From: Demequinaceae bacterium
GTDB lineage: Bacteria > Actinomycetota > Actinomycetes > Actinomycetales > Demequinaceae
Direction of reading: 5' to 3'
NCBI GenBank assembly: GCA_965250005.1
Contig: OZ252279.1
Span: 900,001-932,000 of the forward strand
DNA length: 32,000 nucleotides
A model generated the notes under the pieces. That model had not been told where the DNA came from. It saw nothing but the letters and a program-made list of their open reading frames with translations, and searched no databases. The translations under genes and the position numbers were made by a program. Positions 25,217-32,000 of the stretch are shown here, piece after piece. Positions within the stretch are counted from its first letter, which is position 1. Each line of letters begins with the position of its first letter.

Positions 25217-25816
25217 CTAGACCTTGCGGGGGGCTCCCCCGTCGACGACGACGTAGGTCCCCGTCTTGGCGGTCAACATGTCCATGGTGACGCGGGCCGC
25301 CGCCTCAACGTGCAGCGCGGGCCCACTTTTGGGTGCCGTCTCCGACCACGTGCCGGGGCCGTAGAACGAGCCGTATCGCAGCACCACTCCCTTGGCAGCG
25401 AGCACGCCAGCCTCGAGGTGATCGACAGCCTTCTGAGCGATCCCGGGAACCTTGAATGCGATGCTCTGCGTCACCATGCGCTTCACGCCTGCGGCTTTCG
25501 CGGCCGCGAGCAGGTTGTCGCCGCCCTCGACGCGCACCTTGTTGAGCGCGAGCAGTTTGGTCGGCAGAAGGATCGCCTTGCTTGGCAGATCGGTGACCTC
25601 GTTGACGATCACGTCGGGCTTGGCGCGCGCGACAGCCTCGACTACCGCGTCGGCGTCCAGGATGTCACATACAACTCCGGTGGCACCCAGTTTCTGGATC
25701 GCGGCCACTCGGTTCGGTGAGCGCGTGGTCCCCACAACGTCATACCCGGCTTCAACGAGAATCGGCAGCAACTGCCGTCCAATGGCGCCCGTGGCACCCG
25801 CGACAAATACCCTCAC
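25217..25816 (-). CDS. NAD(P)-binding epimerase/reductase-like protein (short, Rossmann fold)
   Basis: '[36 protein letters not shown]', '[13 protein letters not shown]'. Confidence 0.85.
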   Translation of the reverse strand: MRVFVAGATGAIGRQLLPILVEAGYDVVGTTRSPNRVAAIQKLGATGVVCDILDADAVVEAVARAKPDVIVNEVTDLPSKAILLPTKLLALNKVRVEGGDNLLAAAKAAGVKRMVTQSIAFKVPGIAQKAVDHLEAGVLAAKGVVLRYGSFYGPGTWSETAPKSGPALHVEAAARVTMDMLTAKTGTYVVVDGGAPRKV

Positions 25817-25822
25817 GCGCGG

Positions 25823-27025
25823 TTAGCCGAACACTTCGGCGTCGAAGTTGCCTGCGACGCGCTTCGCCTTCTCGACTGCCTCCGGCAGGTATTTCATGAG
25901 CACGTTGATGTCTTCACGGGTGGTGGTGTGACCCATGGAGAAGCGCATGGTCGACGCCGCGTCCGTCTTGGATCGGCCCATCGCGAGCAGCACGTGGCTG
26001 GCCTGCGCGATGCCCGCGTTGCACGCGGAACCATTGGAGGCCTCGACGCCGTGGGAGTCGAGCACGAACATCATGGCCTCGGCCGCGCAGCCGGGGAAGA
26101 CAAAGTGCACGTTGCCGGGAAGCCGACCCTCACCTGGCTCCGGACCTGAGAGCACCGCATCAGGGAACTGTTCCCGGATGCGCGCCACCAGGTCCACCTG
26201 CAGCGCGCGGAGGCGCACCGCCTCAGAATCGAGAACCGCGATGGACTCCTCCGCGGCTATGGAGGCGGCGTGGAATCCCGCAGCGTTCAGCGTGCCCGAA
26301 CGCACCTTGCGCTCCTGGCCGCCGCCGTGAGTGAGCGGCGTGATGGTGAGGTCGCGACGCGCCACCAGCACGCCCACGCCCACCGGACCGCCAAACTTGT
26401 GGGCAGAAACCGCCATGGTCGCCAGCCCCGACGTCTTGAAATCGACCGGGACGTGTCCTATGGCCTGCACCGCATCGGCGTGAACCGGGATGCGGTGCTC
26501 TGCGGCGATGTTGACAATCTCAGCGATGGGCTGGATCGCGCCCACCTCGTTGTTGGCCCACATCACGGAGATCACGGCGATCTCGTCAAAGTGGTTGGCG
26601 ACCTCCCTGCGGAGCACATCGAGGTCCACGATCCCGTCACTGTCGACGGGCAGGACGACGGCTGTCGCGCCATGCTCTTTCTGAAGCCACTCGGCGGGGT
26701 CGATGCCAGCGTGGTGCTCGATTCCGGTCACGATCACGCGCGTGCGCTGCGGGTCCGCCGTGTGCCTCGCCCAGTAAAGGCCCTTAAGGGCGATGTTGTC
26801 CGCCTCGGTGCCGCCAGACATCCAGATGATCTCGGTGGGGTGCGCGCCCAGTGCCTTGGCCATCCGCTCGCGTGCATCCTCAACAACGGCGCGCGCCAGG
26901 CGGCCGGACTTGTGGAGCGCACTCGGGTTGCCCACGCGCGCGAGCTCGTCGGCGTACGCCATTCGCGCCTTCTCCAGCATGGGAGTGGTCGCGGCGTGGT
27001 CGAAGTAATGGATAGTCACGCGCAC
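25823..27025 (-). CDS. Cysteine desulfurase (NifS/IscS-like)
   Basis: 'YFDHAATTPMLEKA', 'TEIIWMSGGTEADNIALKG', 'VHADAVQAIGHVPVDF', PLP Lys 'SAHKFGGPVGVGVL', 'EASNGSACNAGIAQASHVLLAMG'. Confidence 0.95.
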   Translation of the reverse strand: MRVTIHYFDHAATTPMLEKARMAYADELARVGNPSALHKSGRLARAVVEDARERMAKALGAHPTEIIWMSGGTEADNIALKGLYWARHTADPQRTRVIVTGIEHHAGIDPAEWLQKEHGATAVVLPVDSDGIVDLDVLRREVANHFDEIAVISVMWANNEVGAIQPIAEIVNIAAEHRIPVHADAVQAIGHVPVDFKTSGLATMAVSAHKFGGPVGVGVLVARRDLTITPLTHGGGQERKVRSGTLNAAGFHAASIAAEESIAVLDSEAVRLRALQVDLVARIREQFPDAVLSGPEPGEGRLPGNVHFVFPGCAAEAMMFVLDSHGVEASNGSACNAGIAQASHVLLAMGRSKTDAASTMRFSMGHTTTREDINVLMKYLPEAVEKAKRVAGNFDAEVFG

Positions 27026-27148
27026 GATTGTACGAGAGGATGCCCTAGACGCATAGTCGAGCGCGAACCTGAGGGATTGCTGGGAACATCAGCGGCGGAT
27101 CGACTGTTCAAAATGTGGGAAGACAAGCCGAACGCGGGACGGGTCACA

Positions 27149-27964
27149 ATGAAGTTGAGCAAACTGCTGGTCGCTGTGCCGATTGCGGGCATCCTGGCGG
27201 GAATCGGCATGGGTATTTCTGCTGCCTCCAACGGTGCGTTTTCGGACCTCTTGGGAGCGCCTGAATCGAGCGTCGACGAATCCACGCTCACCGCCACTCC
27301 CGCAGCCGAGCCACCTTCGGGCGCCCCGCTTGATGAGACCATCCTCGCGGTGTACGACGGCGGCGCGCTCGCAGCCATCGCTGCCCAGCGTGAGGCCGAC
27401 GCCGCAGCGCAGGCCGCCGCCGACGCCGCTGCCGTGGAAGCCGCCGCAGCCGAGGCCGAGGCAACTGCAAACGCCAACTCCACGAAGAAGGCTGCGCCCG
27501 CTGACTCAGGTGCATCCACCGGCGAATCGACCCCCGACCAGCCTGCGAGCACATGGCAACCGTGGGAAACCTATGAGTACGCGGTTGGAGACACCGGCGG
27601 ATTCTGTGCCGGGCTCAACTCACTTCGCGCGAGCGTGGGATCGTCGGCACTCGCTTCGTGCGGCCAGGGAAGCGCCGTGATGGGTCACGCGTACAACATG
27701 GCCGTCGCGCAAACCATCTGGCACGACGCCAGCCGCGCGACGCGGCCCGAGGTGGTCGGCTATTCGTGGACGCTCCAGCGCATCATCGACGGCCCCAACG
27801 GGTTCATCAACTCGCCCGGGCACATGGCCGTGATCACCGACGGCGGCGCCGGCACCTCTGCGAGCGTGGGCTGCTACAACAGCGTGCGCACGTCGCAGAA
27901 GACTGAGGGCGGCGCGCTCAGCAAGCAGGTCTACATCTTCTGCGTGGCGCGCTTCACGTACTAG
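27149..27964 (+). CDS. Exported, Ala-rich linker protein with CAP/SCP-like C-terminal domain
   Basis: N-terminal hydrophobic segment 'MKLSKLLVAVPIAGILAGIGMGISAA', Ala/Glu-rich stretch, then 'GGFCAGLNSLRASVGSSALASCGQGSAVMGHAYNMAVAQTIWHDA...GFINSPGHMAVITD..ASVGCY'. Upstream part of the 26270 ORF is spurious antisense to the desulfurase. Confidence 0.6.
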   Translation: MKLSKLLVAVPIAGILAGIGMGISAASNGAFSDLLGAPESSVDESTLTATPAAEPPSGAPLDETILAVYDGGALAAIAAQREADAAAQAAADAAAVEAAAAEAEATANANSTKKAAPADSGASTGESTPDQPASTWQPWETYEYAVGDTGGFCAGLNSLRASVGSSALASCGQGSAVMGHAYNMAVAQTIWHDASRATRPEVVGYSWTLQRIIDGPNGFINSPGHMAVITDGGAGTSASVGCYNSVRTSQKTEGGALSKQVYIFCVARFTY

Positions 27965-27982
27965 CCACGTCGCATTTCCCAA

Positions 27983-28000
27983 CGTACAGAATCCTGTACA
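27983..28000. promoter_or_regulatory. Candidate YefM-YoeB operator (TGTACA-type)
   Basis: CGTACAGAATCCTGTACA: GTACA(27984-27988)...TGTAC(27995-27999) inverted repeat, with a full TGTACA core at 27995-28000, 18 nt before yefM. Confidence 0.5.
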
Positions 28001-28017
28001 ACTGCTAGACTGGCCAC

Positions 28018-28278
28018 ATGAAGACCATCAGCTTCTCTGAGTCGCGCGCCAACTACGCCGCGACCCTCGATGCGGTGACAAACGACCGCGAAGAAGTGGT
28101 GGTCACGCGTTCCGGCAAACCCCCGGTAGTGATCATGGCCCTGGACGACTACGAGTCGATGGTGGAGACGGCGTTCCTCATGAACATCCCGGCGAACGCT
28201 CAACGCTTGCTCGAGTCGATCGCTGAACTGCGAACGGGCGGGGCGACGGAGCGCGAGTTGATCGATCCGTCCGGCTAG
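28018..28278 (+). CDS. yefM: YefM/Phd-family antitoxin
   Basis: 'MKTISFSESRANYAATLDAVTNDREEVVVTRSGKPPVVIMALDDYESMVETAFLMNIPANAQRLLESI'. Confidence 0.95.
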   Translation: MKTISFSESRANYAATLDAVTNDREEVVVTRSGKPPVVIMALDDYESMVETAFLMNIPANAQRLLESIAELRTGGATERELIDPSG

Positions 28279-28283
28279 GTCGC

Positions 28284-28544
28284 GTGAGAATCATCTTCAC
28301 CTCGCACGCCTGGGACGACTATCTCTATTGGCTCCGCGAGGACCGCAAGACGCTAGGGCGCATCAACGCCTTGATCGCCGACGTGATGCGCAACGGCCAC
28401 GAGGGAATCGGTAAACCTGAAGCTTTGCGTCACGACCTCGCGGGCTTCTGGTCGCGCCGAATCGACCAGCGTCACCGGCTCGTGTATCGAGTTGAAGCCA
28501 ACGCGGTCGAGATCGTCGCCTGTCGATACCACTACGAGCAGTGA
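28284..28544 (+). CDS. yoeB: YoeB-family mRNA interferase toxin
   Basis: 'MRIIFTSHAWDDYLYWLREDRKTLGRINALIADVMRNGHEGIGKPEALRHDLAGFWSRRIDQRHRLVYRVEANAVEIVACRYHYEQ'. Confidence 0.96.
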   Translation: MRIIFTSHAWDDYLYWLREDRKTLGRINALIADVMRNGHEGIGKPEALRHDLAGFWSRRIDQRHRLVYRVEANAVEIVACRYHYEQ

Positions 28545-28558
28545 CGGCCCGCTCGCGT

Positions 28559-29512
28559 TTACGCCCCGCGGTGCTTCTTGATTGCCGCGATTGCCTGCGG
28601 CAGCACTGACGCGAGGTCGCCCACCACTCCAAAGTCAGAGATCTCGAAGATAGGCGCGTCCGGGTCGGTGTTCACGGTCACGATAGTCCCTGAGGCTTGC
28701 ATGCCGCCGCGGTGGTGGATCGCACCCGAGATGCCGCACGCAATGTAGAGCGCTGGCGTCACCGTGGTGCCAGTCTGGCCGACCATGTGCTCGTGGCTGA
28801 TCCAGCCCTCGTCGGTCGCGTCGCGGGATGCGCCGACGGCGCCGCCCAGCAGTTCGGCCAGTCCGCGCACGTGCTCGTAGTTGCCGTCTGTGCCGCGGCC
28901 TCCGGACACCACGACGGGCGCCTCGGCTAGAGGGACACCGTCCAGCTCCACGGGCTCGCTATGCGTCACGGTCTCGAGAGTGTCGGGAAGCGTGGCCTCG
29001 ATCACCACGACGGTCGCGGCGCCAGCGGCGTCCGCGGGAGTGGCCTGCGTGGTGTTCGGGCGAATGCCCACGATCGCCTTTTCCGTGGTGATGCGCGTGC
29101 GCACGTTCCACGTCGCGGCAAACACAGTCTGCATGGCCTCGACGTGACCGTCGACCAGCTCGGCCCCGGCAGCGTCCACAACGATGCCCGCACCCGTGGA
29201 CATCGCGAGACGTGCGGTGATCTCCTTGTTCAGGAACGTCGAAATCACCACAAGCACGTCAGCATCCGTCATCGCGGCCTCAACCGCAGCGGCGGCCTTG
29301 GCGGGCTGAGCGACAGCGGCGCCGATCGAAGCAAACCGCACCTCCGCCGCGCCGTACTCGCCCAACTGAGCCACAGCATCGTCGCCGGGCGCGTCGCCCA
29401 GCCACACAGCCACGGGGGTGCCGAGCGAGCGCGCGAGCGTGAGGGCCTCGAGTGACGGGCGGCTCACGGCGCCGCCGCGGTGCTCGATCAATACTGCGAC
29501 GTTGGCGCTCAT
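28559..29512 (-). CDS. etfA: Electron transfer flavoprotein subunit alpha
   Basis: C-terminal FAD motif 'VVSGGRGTDGNYEHVRGLAELLGGAVGASRDATDEGWISHEHMVGQTGTTVTPALYIACGISGAIHHRGGMQASGTIVTVNTDPDAPIFEISDFGVVGD'. Confidence 0.97.
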   Translation of the reverse strand: MSANVAVLIEHRGGAVSRPSLEALTLARSLGTPVAVWLGDAPGDDAVAQLGEYGAAEVRFASIGAAVAQPAKAAAAVEAAMTDADVLVVISTFLNKEITARLAMSTGAGIVVDAAGAELVDGHVEAMQTVFAATWNVRTRITTEKAIVGIRPNTTQATPADAAGAATVVVIEATLPDTLETVTHSEPVELDGVPLAEAPVVVSGGRGTDGNYEHVRGLAELLGGAVGASRDATDEGWISHEHMVGQTGTTVTPALYIACGISGAIHHRGGMQASGTIVTVNTDPDAPIFEISDFGVVGDLASVLPQAIAAIKKHRGA

Positions 29513-30303
29513 GCGAGCCCCCTCTCGATGAGGAAGGCCGCAAGCCTCTCGCCACCGTCACCTGCGTCCTGGATAATTTCGCGGTTCTCGCGGGGCGGGC
29601 GCGGCGAGGCGTCAAGCACGGTGGTGCGCGCGCCAGCGGCTCCAACGGACGCAGCGTCCAGGCCCAGATCAGCCGCCGACCACGTGGTGACCTCGGCCGT
29701 GCGCGCGGCCATGATCATCTTGAAGTTGGGGTAGCGCGGCTTGTTGAGTTCGTCCGTGACGGACACGACCGCGGGTAGGGCGGCCTCGACGGTCTCGCGG
29801 GCGTCGGGCAGGTGCCGCTCGATGGTGACGGTGCCGCCGTCGACCTTGAGCGCGGACGCGAGCGTGAGCTGAGCCCACCCCAACTCGACCGCGAGCGCCG
29901 TGGGCAGCAGCGACGTGAGGCCATCCAGCGCGGCCATGCCGGTGATGACCATGTCCACGGGTCGGTCAGCGTGCACCTTGTTCACCGCGGCCGCGATCGC
30001 GCGGGCCGTTCCGAACACGTCAGAGCCAGCGAGTGCATCGTCACTCACATGGACGGCGTGCTGAACGCCAAGCTGCAGCGCCTTGCGCACCGCGGCAACG
30101 GCATCGGCACCGCCGACGGTCAGCGCGGTGACCTCGCCTCCTCCCTCGCCTGGGGCTTCGACTATCTGGAGTGCGGCCTCGACGGCGTTCTCATCCAGTT
30201 CGTTCATGGAGCCGTCGTCCGCCGTGCGGGTGACGCGACCGTCCGTGAAGGACCGCTGGGACTGCAGGTCGGGCACGAATTTGACGCAAACGAGAATGTG
30301 CAT
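29509..30303 (-). CDS. etfB: Electron transfer flavoprotein subunit beta
   Basis: 'MHILVCVKFVPDLQSQRSF', 'MNELDENAVEAALQIVEAPGEGGGEVTALTVG', 'DRPVDMVITGMAALDGLTSLLPTALAVELGWAQLTLASAL'; ATGA overlap with etfA. Confidence 0.96.
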   Translation of the reverse strand: MHILVCVKFVPDLQSQRSFTDGRVTRTADDGSMNELDENAVEAALQIVEAPGEGGGEVTALTVGGADAVAAVRKALQLGVQHAVHVSDDALAGSDVFGTARAIAAAVNKVHADRPVDMVITGMAALDGLTSLLPTALAVELGWAQLTLASALKVDGGTVTIERHLPDARETVEAALPAVVSVTDELNKPRYPNFKMIMAARTAEVTTWSAADLGLDAASVGAAGARTTVLDASPRPPRENREIIQDAGDGGERLAAFLIERGLA

Positions 30304-30374
30304 GGCGTAACTCTACCGAGCCGTGGCGGCCTCCCCGCGCGCCCGGGACAATCGGGCCGCACCCATCCGGCACA

Positions 30375-32000
30375 ATGGACGCCGTGACTACCGTTCCCTC
30401 TCCAGACCCGTTCCGGCTTGGATTTCACCTCGCCGACGGAGGAGCCACGATCGCCATCTACGCGCCATACGCTAATGGCCTCGAACTGTGCCTGTTTGAC
30501 GACGCGGGCGCAGAGACCCGCGTCAGCCTCGCCGGTCCCACGGCTGGCATCTGGCATGCATTCGTCCCGGACGTCATGGCCGGCCAACTGTACGGCCTGC
30601 GCGCGAGCGGCGAATGGGATCCCGCCGAGGGTCACCTTTTCAATCCGTCGAAACTGTTGCTCGACCCCTACGCGCGCGGCATCGAGGGAACGCTCGCCGG
30701 CGAGTTGGACGACGGCTTTGAAGCGTTCCTGAGCCGGGACGACACCGCGGACTCCGCGCACGTAGTCCCGCGCGGCGTCCTGCTCGCGGATCCCGACCGC
30801 GGCCTCGTCGCCCCCCGGCCGCGGGTGGCGTGGGAAGACACCGTCATCTACGAGGCGCACGTGCGCGGCCTCACCATGAATCTCCCGGACGTGCCTGAGG
30901 ATATCCGCGGCACGTACGCGGCGCTCGGCCACGCCTCGACCATCGCGCATCTGACCGAACTGGGCGCTACCAGCCTGGAGTTGTTGCCTATCCACACCAG
31001 CGGCGACGAGCCTCACCTGGAACGCCTGGGCCTCACCAACTACTGGGGCTACAGCACGCTCGGCTTTTTCGCGCCGCACGCGGCCTACGCGTCGCAAGCC
31101 GCCCAGGAATCCGGCGCCCAGGGGGTCCTTGACGAACTGCGCGCGGCCGTTGACGCGCTTCACCGCGCGGGCATCGAGGTTCTGCTCGACGTTGTCTACA
31201 ACCACACCGCCGAGGGCGGCGAGGGAGGGCGTCACATCTCGTGGCGGGGACTGGCCAACCGCAGTTACTACCGACACGCGCCCGGCTCCCCCGGCACGCT
31301 CGATGACACGACAGGGACCGGGAACACGCTCGACTTCGGTCAGCCGCGCGTGGTCCAGATGGCGCTCGACTCGCTTCGCTATTGGATAGACGACGTGGGG
31401 GTGGACGGCTTCCGGTTCGACCTCGCCGCCACGCTCGGACGCAACGGCAACGGCTTCGACACCCAACATCCGTTCCTGGTCGCGCTCACTACTGATCCCA
31501 CGCTGTCGTCCACCAAGCTGATTGCGGAACCGTGGGACACGGGCGTAGGCGGCTGGCAGACGGGCAACTTTCCCGAGCCCATGGCGGAGTGGAATGACCG
31601 CTTCCGCGATCACTTGCGTTCCTTCTGGCTCACCGACGCGCGCCGCCTGATCGCACACAAGCCCGCCCGCGGTGTCCGCGAACTCGCCACGCGCCTGGCT
31701 GGCTCCTCCGATCTCTTTGGTGACGGCCACCCGCCGCTCGCGCGCGGCCCGATCGCGTCCATCAACTTCGTCACGTCTCACGACGGCTTCACACTGCACG
31801 ACCTCACAGCGTTTGACGGCAAGCACAACGAGGACAACGGCGAGGGCAACAGGGACGGCACGGACAACAACAACTCGTGGAACCACGGCGTCGAGGGAGA
31901 ATCGGACGACCCGGCCGTCCGCTCAGCCCGCGAACGCTCGTCGCGGAACCTTCTCGGCAGCCTCATCCTCGCCGCAGGCATCCCCATGATTACTGCCGGC
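30375..32000 (+). CDS. glgX: Glycogen debranching enzyme GlgX-like (GH13), truncated at window end
   Basis: Manual forward translation, open to the window edge: 'MDAVTTVPSPDPFRLGFHLADGGATIAIYAPYANGLELCLFDD', 'YGLRASGEWDPAEGHLFNPSKLLLDPYARGIEG', 'VIYEAHVRGLTMNLPDVPEDIRGTYAAL', 'NYWGYSTLGFFAPHAAYAS', 'EVLLDVVYNHTAEGGEGG', 'VDGFRFDLAATLGR'. Confidence 0.92.
   Translation, partial: MDAVTTVPSPDPFRLGFHLADGGATIAIYAPYANGLELCLFDDAGAETRVSLAGPTAGIWHAFVPDVMAGQLYGLRASGEWDPAEGHLFNPSKLLLDPYARGIEGTLAGELDDGFEAFLSRDDTADSAHVVPRGVLLADPDRGLVAPRPRVAWEDTVIYEAHVRGLTMNLPDVPEDIRGTYAALGHASTIAHLTELGATSLELLPIHTSGDEPHLERLGLTNYWGYSTLGFFAPHAAYASQAAQESGAQGVLDELRAAVDALHRAGIEVLLDVVYNHTAEGGEGGRHISWRGLANRSYYRHAPGSPGTLDDTTGTGNTLDFGQPRVVQMALDSLRYWIDDVGVDGFRFDLAATLGRNGNGFDTQHPFLVALTTDPTLSSTKLIAEPWDTGVGGWQTGNFPEPMAEWNDRFRDHLRSFWLTDARRLIAHKPARGVRELATRLAGSSDLFGDGHPPLARGPIASINFVTSHDGFTLHDLTAFDGKHNEDNGEGNRDGTDNNNSWNHGVEGESDDPAVRSARERSSRNLLGSLILAAGIPMITAG

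Noticed and set aside
26270-27148. 5' portion of the 564-aa ORF on the + strand
   Set aside because: Antisense to the cysteine desulfurase; the genuine gene begins around ATG 27149 with a hydrophobic export segment.
30375-30480. Possible alternative secretion or regulatory feature ahead of glgX
   Set aside because: The divergent etfB/glgX gap is short and contains no repeat or motif that can be supported by reading.
30204-31886. 560-aa open reading frame on the minus strand
   Set aside because: It is antisense to the clear GlgX reading frame (30375-32000, + strand), shows no recognisable motifs and is Val/Arg-rich as expected from high-GC shadow frames.

Overview
High-GC, actinobacterial-type chromosomal window. 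The backbone is mostly conventional: PAS-GGDEF-EAL protein, ligA, ABC exporter, mnmA, nifS-like cysteine desulfurase, etfBA and partial glgX. Four regions stand out. (1) At 2.3-7.5 kb, five divergently arranged genes encode an N-acyl-D-amino-acid deacylase-like amidohydrolase, a KDPG-type aldolase, a fold-III PLP D-amino-acid dehydratase/deaminase-like enzyme, a PfkB/KDG-type kinase and RidA. Together they could form a route from N-acyl-D-glucosaminate to KDG, KDPG and pyruvate plus G3P. (2) At 9.07-17.66 kb, a secreted 2764-aa YD-repeat (Rhs-like) protein carries a possible degenerate amidase_3-like N-terminal region, an exact 756-bp (252-aa, 12x21) higher-order repeat period and a small C-terminal RNase-like toxin candidate. 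A tightly coupled 89-aa candidate immunity gene follows it, and an IS3-family element with an older IS3 relic lies just beyond. (3) At 23.0-23.6 kb, an ArsR gene has apparently lost its winged-helix core and reads in frame into a SRPBCC/AHSA1 gene, with the presumed operator retained. (4) At 28.0-28.5 kb, a yefM-yoeB toxin-antitoxin pair has a TGTACA-type operator. No CRISPR array, tRNA or rRNA was recognised. All family assignments come from reading motifs; no database search was run.
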